Below, piece by piece: positions 53,006 through 63,196 of a stretch of 64,000 nucleotides of DNA. The DNA is taken from NCBI GenBank assembly GCA_904420525.1, contig CAJFVT010000101.1, positions 3,546-67,545 of the forward strand. Reading direction: 5' to 3'. A program made the position numbers and the translations under genes. This DNA comes from an uncultured Clostridia bacterium. GTDB taxonomy: Bacteria; Bacillota; Clostridia; UBA1381. Position 1 is the first letter of the stretch. The number at the start of each line of letters is the position of its first letter. The notes under the pieces are model-generated. The model saw only the letters and a program-made list of their open reading frames with translations, ran no database searches and was not told the DNA's origin.

Positions 53006-54427
53006 ATGGGCGGTTTTTTCGGTACAGCTCTAAAGGGCGACTGTGTTTTTGATTTGTTTTTCGGAACCGATTATCATTCCCATCTTGGAACGCGCCGTGC
53101 CGGTATGGCGGTATACAGCAGTGAGCATGGATTTGATAAGGCGATACACAACATTGAAAACGCTCCCTTCAGAACAAAATTCACTCAGGAGTCAAATTCC
53201 ATGCACGGCAGTCTCGGCATCGGATGCATTTCCGATTTCGAGGCTCAGCCGATACTGGTGCGTTCACATCACGGCACTTTCGCCATAACCACTGTCGGCA
53301 AGATCAATAATTCAGCCGAAATAGTGGATGAGATCATAAAAGAGCACACACATTTTTTTGAGATGCAGGGCGGGGACATAAACCAGACTGAGCTGGTAGC
53401 CGCGATCATAAACCGTAAGGAGAATTTTATCGATGGGATAAGATATGCTCAGGAGATAATAGACGGTTCAATGAGCATGATGATCCTTACTCCGAAGGGC
53501 ATCTATCTGGTTCGCGACAAGCTTGGAAGGACGCCTATATGCATAGGAAAAAAAGACGAGGGCTTCTGCGCCAGCTTTGAAAGCTTCGCATATCTGAACC
53601 TCGGCTACAGCGAATACCGTGAGCTTGGCCCCGGAGAGATAGCTGTCATGACGCCGGAGGCTGTCCGTACTTTGGTTGCTCCCGGAAAGAATATGAAGAT
53701 ATGTACATTCCTTTGGGTATATTACGGATATCCCTCCTCTTCCTATGAAGGCATAAGCGTTGAAAAAATGCGCTATAACTGCGGCAAGCATCTTGCTGAC
53801 CGCGACAAGCAGGAACGCGGCGATATAAAACCCGACATAGTTGCAGGCGTGCCGGATTCGGGCATAGCTCACGCTGTAGGATACTCAAATCGTTCGGGAA
53901 TGACTTTTTCACGTCCGTTCGTTAAATACACTCCGACCTGGCCGCGCTCATTCATGCCCACCCACCAGAGCAAACGAGATCTTATAGCAAAGATGAAGCT
54001 GATACCGATACATGACCTTATAAAGGACAAAAAGCTTCTGCTTATAGACGATTCCATAGTGCGCGGGACACAGCTGCGCGAGACTACCGAGTTTCTCTAT
54101 GAGAGCGGAGCTAAGGAGGTCCATATCAGGACCGGATGCCCGCCGCTGCTTTACGGATGCAAATATCTGAACTTTTCACGCTCTACATCTGAAATGGAGC
54201 TGATAACCAGACGTGTTATAAAAGAGCTTGAAGGCTGTGATCCGGACGAGGAAACGCTTCAGAAATACGCCGATCCGGAAACTAAGGAATACAAGACAAT
54301 GGTTGATAAGATCTGCGAGAAGCTGCATTTCACTTCTCTTGCATATCACCGTCTCGATGACATGCTGGACTCAGTAGGTATAGATCCGGACAAGCTCTGT
54401 ACCTATTGCTGGAACGGAAAGGAATGA
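53006..54427 (+). CDS. purF: Amidophosphoribosyltransferase variant lacking the N-terminal Cys
   Basis: GVPDSG, PRPP loop LIDDSIVRGT, Fe-S Cys (ICTF, GCKY, CTYC); promoter TTGAAA-N17-TATACT at 52934-52962. Confidence 0.9.
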   Translation: MGGFFGTALKGDCVFDLFFGTDYHSHLGTRRAGMAVYSSEHGFDKAIHNIENAPFRTKFTQESNSMHGSLGIGCISDFEAQPILVRSHHGTFAITTVGKINNSAEIVDEIIKEHTHFFEMQGGDINQTELVAAIINRKENFIDGIRYAQEIIDGSMSMMILTPKGIYLVRDKLGRTPICIGKKDEGFCASFESFAYLNLGYSEYRELGPGEIAVMTPEAVRTLVAPGKNMKICTFLWVYYGYPSSSYEGISVEKMRYNCGKHLADRDKQERGDIKPDIVAGVPDSGIAHAVGYSNRSGMTFSRPFVKYTPTWPRSFMPTHQSKRDLIAKMKLIPIHDLIKDKKLLLIDDSIVRGTQLRETTEFLYESGAKEVHIRTGCPPLLYGCKYLNFSRSTSEMELITRRVIKELEGCDPDEETLQKYADPETKEYKTMVDKICEKLHFTSLAYHRLDDMLDSVGIDPDKLCTYCWNGKE

Positions 54428-54435
54428 CCGTCCTT

Positions 54436-55218
54436 TCATCCAAGCGCAACATCAAGTATCATCATTATCACAAAACCCGCCGCAGCGCCTATCGTGCCTA
54501 TATTCGAATGTTTTCCTGTCTGTGATTCAGGGATAAGCTCCTCAACCACCACATAAAACATAGCTCCGGCCGCAAACGGCATCAGGAACGGGATTATAGG
54601 CAGCATGAACTGCGAAAGCAGTATCGTTACGGCCGCGGCAGCCGGCTCTACCGCACCGGAAGCTGTTCCGTAAAGGAACGGCTTCAGCCTTGAGCTGCTG
54701 TTTCTGCGCATAGGCATTGAGATTATCGCTCCCTCAGGGAAATTCTGTATAGCTATGCCTACAGAAAGAGCAAAGGCAGCCGCAAGACTTATTGACGCAT
54801 TTTCAGCCATCATTCCGGCAAACACTATACCTACCGCCATACCCTCAGGAATATTATGCAGCGTTACTGCGAAAAACAGCATCGTGTTCTTTCCCAGATT
54901 TGTTTTTACACCCTCCGGTGTGTCGCTTTCAAGATGCAGATGCGGTACAAAGGTATCGAGCAGCAGCAGAAATAATATGCCCGATATAAATCCGGCTGCC
55001 GCAGGTATCCAGCCTGTTCCGCCGGCTTCTATCGACATATCTATGCCGGGAATTATAAGCGACCATACAGACGCCGCCATCATAACGCCTGCCGCAAATC
55101 CGAGCAAAAGCTTTTCCAATCTGACGCTCATGTCATTTTTAAGCAAAAATACCATTGCCGCGCCGAGCGCTGTTCCGGCAAATGGTATCAAAAGTCCAAT
55201 AAGGACAGAAGTATTCAT
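54436..55218 (-). CDS. ZIP family (GufA/ZupT) metal transporter
   Basis: GFAAGVMMAAS.WSLI.P, PHLH, LHNIPEG, QNFPEG, EELIPE. Confidence 0.93.
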   Translation of the reverse strand: MNTSVLIGLLIPFAGTALGAAMVFLLKNDMSVRLEKLLLGFAAGVMMAASVWSLIIPGIDMSIEAGGTGWIPAAAGFISGILFLLLLDTFVPHLHLESDTPEGVKTNLGKNTMLFFAVTLHNIPEGMAVGIVFAGMMAENASISLAAAFALSVGIAIQNFPEGAIISMPMRRNSSSRLKPFLYGTASGAVEPAAAAVTILLSQFMLPIIPFLMPFAAGAMFYVVVEELIPESQTGKHSNIGTIGAAAGFVIMMILDVALG

Positions 55219-55284
55219 GCGAGTTCCACTTCCCTTCAGTATTTATTTCCATGACCCAAAAAAATGATTTTATAAACATAGTAA

Positions 55285-55374
55285 AGGCTGCTGTAAATTG
55301 TGTTATCCGCCCATCATCTCACCGCTAAACAACAATGCGAAAGAGCATGAATAAGCACTGATTTACAACAGCCT
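55285..55374. repeat. Imperfect inverted repeat of the GGCTG-terminal palindrome family
   Basis: AGGCTGCTGTAAAT (55285-55298)/ATTTACAACAGCCT (55361-55374). Confidence 0.6.
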
Positions 55375-55385
55375 GATTATTTTTA

Positions 55386-57716
55386 TCACATACCGCTGTC
55401 TAAGACCAGAAGCTTGCTCACAAGCGAGGCCGCCTCGGCACGCGTCAAAAGATCGTTCGGTTTTATCGTATTGTCAGAATAACCGTTGATTATCCCCATT
55501 GCGGACAGCTTTCCCATGGACTGCTGCGCCCATAGCGGTATATCACCGCTGTCAGCATAGCTCATTACAGAATTTTCATCCCCGTCAACAGCTCTGCCCA
55601 TTATCGTGAACGCCTCAGCGCGTGTTATACTGTCATCCGGTGCAAAGCTGTAGCCGTTTTGTCCGCTTCGGCCGGTTATATATCCGAGCGCTGACATCGC
55701 ACGGACGTATTCAACTGCCCACGGCTGTATCTCCGCTGTATCGGTATAATCAAGACTGTAATCCGAAAAATCCGCCGTATTTATACCCAGTGCCTTGCAC
55801 ATTATAGCTGAGAACTGTATCCTTGTTATATTTTCATCGGGCTTGAATACTATAGCACCGTTCTCTTCAAAACCATTTATAATACCGGCATCCGCCATAG
55901 AGTCAACTACATCGTGCGCCCAGTGTCCCTGCATATCAGTAAACTTCTCCTGCTTGATGACTGTTATCGGTATAGCCTTAGTATAATCTCCCACGGTCAC
56001 CGATATGACTCCGCCGCCGCTTCCGTTATCCTGTATTGAAACGACACCATCCTCGTCTACGGACGCTATGCCGCTGCCATCTGCCTCCCATCTGAACAGG
56101 CTGGGATATGCTTCAAGCCTTACGCCGTTTACATAAGCTGCCGCTTCAAGATCTATATTATACATACCGCCTTCATCTACCGTAAGCTGGTCGATCTCCT
56201 CACCGGTAGCCTCATTATAAACACGTATTTCCTCAGGCGTTTCATAAACCGCAAAATCAAAAGTCTTTGAATAGCCTTCACCTGTAACATTTATATAAGT
56301 CGTACCTGTACCCTTAAACGTGATATAACCGTTCTGATCGACCTCAGATGAGGCTCCGTTCTGGTTATCAGCCGTATAGGTAACACCCGTGAGCGACTCC
56401 ATCTTGTAGTTTCCGGTGTCGTATACCGAGGTCGCCTCAAGCTGCAGCGATGTTCCTGCAAGATAATTTCGGTTCTCGTACTCGCGCCACTCTACATACC
56501 ATGGTATACCCGTCTGCGGACGCATATCCCTGAGAAATAAATAATTTGCGCAGCTGCGCTGTACACCGTCCGAAGGACGGTTCGTTACCACGAACGATGT
56601 TGAGCCAGGGAATACGGCTCCTATAGCAGTCGATCCGCCTCCATCAAGGTTTATAGCATCAACGCAGCCCAGCTCCTGCATACGTCTGGCTACAGTCTGG
56701 ATCTGCGCGCCGTAGCTGTAGCCGCTCTGACGTCCGTCAAGAGTATAAAACACCACAGTACCATCCGCTTTTATCCCGACAGCGGTACGCGGCGCGGCTC
56801 CTGCCTCAAAGCCGCTGCCCAGCTCTCCATTCTTGATCAGCCTGCCTCCTATGGAGGAAAGGGCGTACTCAGCTTCAGCCCAGTCATGAGTCGAACCATA
56901 TGTGGAGCTCCGGAGCGTTAATGTATCTCCTGCTGCAAGAACGGCAAGCATATTATAGCATTCCTGATTTCCATCTACATCCATGACAAACACATATTTG
57001 CCGTCCGGTATAGCTATCTCACCGTCATATATGAACACCTCGTCAACGCCTAAAGTCATTTCTGAATTGACTGCCAGCTCACCCGAGACCGGTGTACAGA
57101 TAACATACAAGGCGTTAAAGCTCGACCTTGTTGTGTCACCGTAATCATCTGTGAGCATATATACCCATGAAAGGCCGTCCTGAGGCCATTTATTGATGTA
57201 CTGTATAGGGATAGTCACTCCGTTATGTTCAACGGATGTATCGATAGCAAGAGTGTCGATGAACGCTGTTCCGTCTGCCCTGAAGCCTATAGCATCCTGC
57301 TGCCCGCTCTCCTTTGAGTATATCTCACCATCGATTATAGTATACCCCATAGGTATTCCCGTTTTTGTGGAAAAATAATCTCCGTTTATGCCTATCAGCG
57401 GACGCAGATTGTTCTCCTCCATATACTCAGCGGCAGAGGTCAGCGTACGCTTGCCGTACACACTTTCTCCGTTAACAACAACAGGTACTGCATCAGTATT
57501 TGGCGTATATTCCACATAATTCTCTGTTTGATTTCCTACTGAATCTGAATAATACACCGTATGCTTATAGACGGCTCCTCCGCCCATATCAGTTTGCCAC
57601 TGCTCACTGAGAGTTCCAAGCACCTCTGCAGACGCCGAAGCCGTAAATGTAAAACATAAGATCAGCGACAGCGCTACCCGACGCACCGCCGGCCCTCTAA
57701 TTCCTTTAATTGTCAT
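55386..57716 (-). CDS. Phosphodiester glycosidase (NAGPA/DUF2233) family surface protein with Ig-like and SLH domains
   Basis: GINGDYF, PRTAVG, DGRQ, AINLDGGGST, N.PSDG..R; three C-terminal SLH repeats. Confidence 0.9.
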   Translation of the reverse strand: MTIKGIRGPAVRRVALSLILCFTFTASASAEVLGTLSEQWQTDMGGGAVYKHTVYYSDSVGNQTENYVEYTPNTDAVPVVVNGESVYGKRTLTSAAEYMEENNLRPLIGINGDYFSTKTGIPMGYTIIDGEIYSKESGQQDAIGFRADGTAFIDTLAIDTSVEHNGVTIPIQYINKWPQDGLSWVYMLTDDYGDTTRSSFNALYVICTPVSGELAVNSEMTLGVDEVFIYDGEIAIPDGKYVFVMDVDGNQECYNMLAVLAAGDTLTLRSSTYGSTHDWAEAEYALSSIGGRLIKNGELGSGFEAGAAPRTAVGIKADGTVVFYTLDGRQSGYSYGAQIQTVARRMQELGCVDAINLDGGGSTAIGAVFPGSTSFVVTNRPSDGVQRSCANYLFLRDMRPQTGIPWYVEWREYENRNYLAGTSLQLEATSVYDTGNYKMESLTGVTYTADNQNGASSEVDQNGYITFKGTGTTYINVTGEGYSKTFDFAVYETPEEIRVYNEATGEEIDQLTVDEGGMYNIDLEAAAYVNGVRLEAYPSLFRWEADGSGIASVDEDGVVSIQDNGSGGGVISVTVGDYTKAIPITVIKQEKFTDMQGHWAHDVVDSMADAGIINGFEENGAIVFKPDENITRIQFSAIMCKALGINTADFSDYSLDYTDTAEIQPWAVEYVRAMSALGYITGRSGQNGYSFAPDDSITRAEAFTIMGRAVDGDENSVMSYADSGDIPLWAQQSMGKLSAMGIINGYSDNTIKPNDLLTRAEAASLVSKLLVLDSGM

Positions 57717-57754
57717 TATCTGATCATCTCTCCGTTTTTCTGAACACTTCGTTA

Positions 57755-60295
57755 TTATTCAATACCGGTGACCTCGTAACCTGCGTCGGTCACTGCCTTA
57801 CTAAGCATTTCGTCCGTTACTCCTGTACCCGCTTCTACGATAGCCTGACCGCCGTTATCGAGCGTTACCTCAGCGGTAACTCCGTCTATTGAATTCAACG
57901 CCTCGCTTACACGTCCGGTACAATGGCTGCACATCATACCATTGATCTTTATTGTTCTTTTCATAGTTTTATTCTCCTTTTCATTTATATTCTCTGAAAT
58001 TTTTTCAATCGGACAAGCTCCGCCGCACATTTCATCAGTCCTGCGTTCCGCCTTATGCTTCTGTGCCTTGTCTGGATCAAACAGACGAAGCCGCAGCGCG
58101 TTCGATACAACAAACACAGATGAAAAGCTCATCGCCAAGGCGCCTATCATCGGATTGAGCTTTAACCCGAATGCCGGGAACAGCACTCCCGCAGCTATCG
58201 GTATACCACACACATTATAGAAAAATGCCCAAAACAGATTTTCCTTAATGTTCTTTATAACGGCACGGCTGAGCTTTATAGCTCTGGGAACATCCGCGAT
58301 ATCATTATGCATGAGGACTATGTCCGCCGATTCTATCGCTATGTCCGTTCCCGCGCCTATCGCTATACCTACATCAGCCCGCGTCAATGCCGGTGCATCG
58401 TTTATCCCGTCACCGACCATAGCCGCGCAGCTTCCCTGAGATCTTATCCTTCGGATATGCATATCCTTATCAGCCGGCATGACTCCGGCTATGACCTCGT
58501 TTATACCGGCACGCTTTGCAACAGCCCTTGCGGTCACCTCATTGTCGCCTGTTATCATTATAGCACGAATGTCCATGCTTTGCAACTCTTTTATTGCATC
58601 AGCACTATTTTCCTTAAGCTCATCAGCAACAGCGATGGTTCCTATGAGTCTCCCGCCGCGCGCAAAATACAGCTGTGTTTTTCCCTCTGACGCAAGCTTG
58701 CTGCTCTCTTGAAACTCGATCCTGTTATCGCGCATCAGCGCGGCATTCCCGGCAAGAACCTCCTCGCCGTTTATAAGTCCTTTAAGTCCGCGTCCCTCCA
58801 GCTGCGTAAAGCCTTCTATCTCCGGAAGCTCCATCCCGATACACCGTTCAGCTATCGCTGCTGAGAGCGGATGCTCTGACTTCGCTTCTATAGCGCCCGC
58901 TGCGGTCAGCAGCTCCTGCTCTGTTATGCCCTCAGGTATTATATCGGTAACCACCGGCTTTCCTACAGTTATTGTTCCTGTCTTATCGAATACTACCGTA
59001 TCTACATTGTGCAAAGTCTCCAGAGCCTCCGCGGATTTTACCAATATCCCGTAATTTGCGCCGCGTCCTGTCCCTACCATGATTGCCGTAGGCGTTGCCA
59101 GACCCAGCGCACACGGACAAGATATAACAAGTACTGATATAGCCATATTCAGCGCGAAGCTAAATTCCGCTCCCGCTATCATCCAGACGATGAATGCTGC
59201 CGCAGCTATACCCATGACTATCGGAACAAAAACTCCTGCTATCTTATCGGCCAATCGCGCTATAGGCGCCTTGCTAGACGATGCTTCCTCAACAAGACTT
59301 ATTATTTTTGCCAGTGTTGTGTCGCTGCCTGTGTGAGTTACCTCTATCTTCATATATCCGCTTTTTGACACCGTCGCGCCCGTAACGCTGTCTCCCACAG
59401 ACTTTTCGACCGGTATGCTCTCCCCTGTTATAGCGCTTTCATCTATCGCTGCCGAGCCTTCGCGGATCACTCCATCCAAGGGGATCGCCGAACCGGCCTT
59501 GACAATTATTATTTCACCGGTACGTATCTCATCCACCTTGACAGTCATTTCCGAGCCGCCGCGCTCAACGACCGCAGTATCGGGCATGAGCTTGATAAGC
59601 TTTTCTATAGCCTCCGAAGTCCTTCCCTTTGCTCTCGACTCAAGATATTTCCCAAGAGTTATGAGAGTAAGTATCATCGCTGCCGATTCAAAATAAAGGT
59701 TCATCATCATTTCATGTACCTGCATATGATCCCCGGTACCGAGCGCATGCGCCATTATATATATAACAGCTATCCCGTATATTTCCGATGCCGCAGATCC
59801 TATTGCGATAAGCGAATCCATGTTCGGCGCGCGATGAAAAAGAGATCTGAATCCGTTTGTGAAATATTTAATATTAACGCCAATAATAGGAAGTGTAAGC
59901 AGAAACTGTGTAAACGCGAACGCTACCGAGTTTTCCGTCCTGTCAAAAACCGACAGGAACGGCAGTCCGAACATATGCCCCATTGATATATACATGAGCG
60001 GTAACAAAAACACCACTGACACGATGATACGCATCTTCATATTTTTTTGTTCACCATCGGCAGGCTTTGCCTCAGCTTTTTTTTCACCCTTGACGCTTGC
60101 ACCGTAGCCGCCGCTCCTTACCGCGGCAATGATAGCCTCGATACTCGTTTTTGTTTCGTCATAATCCACCTTCATGGAATTCTGAAGCAGATTTACAGAT
60201 ACCATACGCACTCCATCGACTGCCCGAACGCTCTTTTCAACATGTGCGCTGCATGCTGCGCACGACATACCTGTAACATCAAAATTTTCAGTCAT
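57755..60295 (-). CDS. copA: Copper-translocating P1B-type ATPase with N- and C-terminal HMA domains
   Basis: GMSCAAC, TGES, CPC, DKTGT, SEHP, GDGIND, YN, C-terminal GMMCSHC; promoter TTGACT-N17-TATAAT at 60376-60348. Confidence 0.95.
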   Translation of the reverse strand: MTENFDVTGMSCAACSAHVEKSVRAVDGVRMVSVNLLQNSMKVDYDETKTSIEAIIAAVRSGGYGASVKGEKKAEAKPADGEQKNMKMRIIVSVVFLLPLMYISMGHMFGLPFLSVFDRTENSVAFAFTQFLLTLPIIGVNIKYFTNGFRSLFHRAPNMDSLIAIGSAASEIYGIAVIYIMAHALGTGDHMQVHEMMMNLYFESAAMILTLITLGKYLESRAKGRTSEAIEKLIKLMPDTAVVERGGSEMTVKVDEIRTGEIIIVKAGSAIPLDGVIREGSAAIDESAITGESIPVEKSVGDSVTGATVSKSGYMKIEVTHTGSDTTLAKIISLVEEASSSKAPIARLADKIAGVFVPIVMGIAAAAFIVWMIAGAEFSFALNMAISVLVISCPCALGLATPTAIMVGTGRGANYGILVKSAEALETLHNVDTVVFDKTGTITVGKPVVTDIIPEGITEQELLTAAGAIEAKSEHPLSAAIAERCIGMELPEIEGFTQLEGRGLKGLINGEEVLAGNAALMRDNRIEFQESSKLASEGKTQLYFARGGRLIGTIAVADELKENSADAIKELQSMDIRAIMITGDNEVTARAVAKRAGINEVIAGVMPADKDMHIRRIRSQGSCAAMVGDGINDAPALTRADVGIAIGAGTDIAIESADIVLMHNDIADVPRAIKLSRAVIKNIKENLFWAFFYNVCGIPIAAGVLFPAFGLKLNPMIGALAMSFSSVFVVSNALRLRLFDPDKAQKHKAERRTDEMCGGACPIEKISENINEKENKTMKRTIKINGMMCSHCTGRVSEALNSIDGVTAEVTLDNGGQAIVEAGTGVTDEMLSKAVTDAGYEVTGIE

Positions 60296-60440
60296 AAGGC
60301 CTTCAACTCCCCTCCGCAGGATACTGCGTCTTTAAAACTATACCAAAATTATATCACATTAAGCATAGCAAGTCAATATTAACTTGTGTCTTTTGTGAAA
60401 AAATCATACACAAGGCCTATGATAACTTATTCTAATTTGA

Positions 60441-62204
60441 TCAATGATCGGGGAAATCCATATATTTTATATACTCATCTGTAAATTTTTCATTTTCTGC
60501 AAGCGCAAAATCATTCGAAATGCTTCTTATAAGCTCTGTACGCTCAAATCCGTCATCATTGTCAAGTATTTTTACACAGCCGCCGAGTGAGCTGTTCCCC
60601 ACTGCTCTGTACCTGCCCATAAAGCGCTCCGGAAGCAATCCTATCCTGCATGCCTTTACTATATTCAGCCTCTGCCCGAAGCCTCCGGCAATATACACCG
60701 TTTTTATATCCGACTCGCTAACGCCGGATTCGGCGATCAAAAGCTCTATTCCGGCGCGTATGGCGCCTTTGGCTGTTTGTATCTCCCTCAGATCCTTTTG
60801 TGTAAAGTACACCTCATCGGTAAGCCTGAACACTCCGGAAAGCCTGTCCTCCATACGTCCGGTACTGTCGATGTATCCGTTTTTCAACAGCTCCGCCGTA
60901 AGCTCAACTACTCCCGTCCCGCACAGCCCGCAGGCTTTTTTACCGCCTATAGTCTTTATTCCGATTCTGCCGCTTTTATCTATATCAACGGCGCTTACCG
61001 CACCTTCTACCGAGCCTGTTCCGCAGGATAGCCTTCCTCCCTCAAATGCCGGTCCGGCAGCAGCAGAGGTACAAAGTATACCATTCTTATTCCCTATTGC
61101 CATTTCTCCGTTTGTACCCAGATCCACAAACAGGCATATATCGCTGCTCATGTCAAAGCCGCACATGTACAGACCGCTGACAATATCGCCGCCTACAAAT
61201 GCTGATATCCCTCCTATAAGCTCAATATCTCCGCATATACATTTGTCAAGGTTCTGCGCCCGGAACGGATATGTACCGAGCGAGGTACAGTCATAGCCCA
61301 TGAGCAGGCTTACCATAGTGGTATTAGCTGCTGCTATGATCCTTTCATTTTCTCCCTCAACTGCATTTATGCAGCTTTTCAGCTGATATTCCATGATCGA
61401 CCTCAGCTCATCCCCTCTGCCGCGGTTGGCCGCTTCGATCCTTGAAAGCACATCAGCACCGAATCGGCGCTGACGGTTTATTTCAGAATGCGCCGCAGTT
61501 ACACTCCCGTTTTCGAGCCTGACTGCCGCTATTGTCGTTGTTCCTATATCAAGACAAACACCGCAGGCCTTTTTTGCATCATAGCCAAAGTCGGATATGA
61601 CCGCAAAGCCGCCTTTAAAGGGACTTGTTCTTCTCGGGCAATCCCTGTTTGAGCATTTTGAGCAGTCATGCTGTGCTCTGAAAACATCGGCGTCGTTTGT
61701 AAGCTCAAGTATATAACACATGCTCTTTACAGGCGACAGCATAAACCCCTCTGTTAATGTCACACCCTCCAGCGGCGCTTTTTTCAGTATCACCGCCTGC
61801 TCAGCAAGAGCGATATCCTCAGGCGCAGCCAGTCTTTTGCGAACACCGCGGTCAAGCTCCGCACATATGTATTTTACACGTTCTCCTGTAAGCTCATCCG
61901 CCTTGAAAAGCGCACAGTCTGCCGCGGTATTCACTATAAGCCCGCCTATTCCCTCTCCGCGTGAGAACAATTCTTCCGAAAGCGCGCTTATTTTTTCTCC
62001 CGCGCTCAATGTCACATATATTCGGTCATCCTCTATACATATGCTTCTTCTTATATCCAGTGCAGATCTGATACGCGCAAAAAGCGTATCAAATTCCTTT
62101 GATACGCTGTCATAAAGAGTCTCGCCGCTTCTGCATCCCATATTGCTCAGTATATCTATTTTATCAGGTATTACTGTCAGCCTTTCATTATATCGCTCTG
62201 TCAC
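60441..62204 (-). CDS. ASKHA/DUF4445 (RACo-like) corrinoid reductive activator fused to a MetH activation-like domain
   Basis: DIGTTT, FGADVLSRI, ANTTM, AFVGGD, DLGTNGE, AGPAFEG, CGTG, Q.AK.AI.AG, AGGFG; N-terminal 'GVTLTEGFMLSPVKS...CSKCSNRDC'. Confidence 0.88.
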   Translation of the reverse strand: MTERYNERLTVIPDKIDILSNMGCRSGETLYDSVSKEFDTLFARIRSALDIRRSICIEDDRIYVTLSAGEKISALSEELFSRGEGIGGLIVNTAADCALFKADELTGERVKYICAELDRGVRKRLAAPEDIALAEQAVILKKAPLEGVTLTEGFMLSPVKSMCYILELTNDADVFRAQHDCSKCSNRDCPRRTSPFKGGFAVISDFGYDAKKACGVCLDIGTTTIAAVRLENGSVTAAHSEINRQRRFGADVLSRIEAANRGRGDELRSIMEYQLKSCINAVEGENERIIAAANTTMVSLLMGYDCTSLGTYPFRAQNLDKCICGDIELIGGISAFVGGDIVSGLYMCGFDMSSDICLFVDLGTNGEMAIGNKNGILCTSAAAGPAFEGGRLSCGTGSVEGAVSAVDIDKSGRIGIKTIGGKKACGLCGTGVVELTAELLKNGYIDSTGRMEDRLSGVFRLTDEVYFTQKDLREIQTAKGAIRAGIELLIAESGVSESDIKTVYIAGGFGQRLNIVKACRIGLLPERFMGRYRAVGNSSLGGCVKILDNDDGFERTELIRSISNDFALAENEKFTDEYIKYMDFPDH

Positions 62205-63196
62205 TGTTCCGATCCGTCCTTTATGAATTTTTCAGCCATATTCACCAATTCCGAAGCAACACTCTGCGGGGACACTATTTTTATCTGTCCCCCAAACATG
62301 AATACCCACGACAGGAACACAGGACTTACCGCGACTTGTACTGTGACATTGAAGCCTTCTCCGTCCTCCTGAGGCACCAGCTTTATATCCGTGCCGAATT
62401 TATCTATAACAGCATTTGTCATTTCCTTGTCACAGCAAAGCTCCACTGAAACTATATCTCCATTATACATGCCAAAAAATTTCTTTGAATATTCCGCTAC
62501 ATCGACATTGCTGAACGCCTTTCGCCCATCGCGTCTTATTTCCATCATCTCTATGGCCATCATTCGATCCACTCTGTAATGCTTTATCTGCTGTGTTTCA
62601 GATTCATAGGCTATCAAATAATAATTTTCATTATTCCATATGAGCATCCACGGGCTTACAGTATACTGCTCTCCATCGCGCCGAAACACCTTGCGCTTGT
62701 TCACATCCCAGTCGAAATATGTAAAGGCTATTTTTGAATTTTCCTGTATAGCCGCATGGATCCGATCCACATTATAATATATGCTTTCATTTGATGCCTT
62801 TATCCTGTTCGTTACAAACACCTGACTCTGCAGCACCTGAGCATTGTACACCGTTGTAAGGCTTTCAAGCTTTCTGATAAGCTCATTTGACTTCTTTTTT
62901 GTTATAAACCTTGATGCCTGCACCGCATCCACCAGCATCCTCAGCTCAGCTGTTTCAAATTCTCGGTTCGCAAGATAGTATCCAAACTGTTTTCGGTGTA
63001 CCTGTATTATTTCATAGCCCAGCTCCTCCATGGCCTCAAAATCGCGGTATATACTTTTTCGCTCCGCTTTTATTCCCATTTCTCCTAGTTTTTCGATTAT
63101 TTCCGCTATTGTTATCGTATGCTTTTCATCTGTATATTTTTTCATTATCTCTATAACATAATTCAGCTTTAGCTTTTGTTTATTGCTTCTCGGCAT
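62201..63196 (-). CDS. WYL domain transcriptional regulator (wHTH-WYL-WCX)
   Basis: N-terminal HTH (ERKSIYRD), 'VSPW.L.W.NENYYL', 'YRVDRM', C-terminal WCX 'W...FG..I.I..P'. Confidence 0.92.
   Translation of the reverse strand: MPRSNKQKLKLNYVIEIMKKYTDEKHTITIAEIIEKLGEMGIKAERKSIYRDFEAMEELGYEIIQVHRKQFGYYLANREFETAELRMLVDAVQASRFITKKKSNELIRKLESLTTVYNAQVLQSQVFVTNRIKASNESIYYNVDRIHAAIQENSKIAFTYFDWDVNKRKVFRRDGEQYTVSPWMLIWNNENYYLIAYESETQQIKHYRVDRMMAIEMMEIRRDGRKAFSNVDVAEYSKKFFGMYNGDIVSVELCCDKEMTNAVIDKFGTDIKLVPQEDGEGFNVTVQVAVSPVFLSWVFMFGGQIKIVSPQSVASELVNMAEKFIKDGSEQ

Noticed and set aside
60300..60345. CsoR operator upstream of copA
   Set aside because: Only a weak C-tract/G-tract resemblance, overlapping the RBS; no csoR gene is adjacent
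62201..63196. WYL gene as marker of an anti-phage defence island
   Set aside because: No nuclease, RM, BREX, CBASS or toxin genes lie beside it within the window
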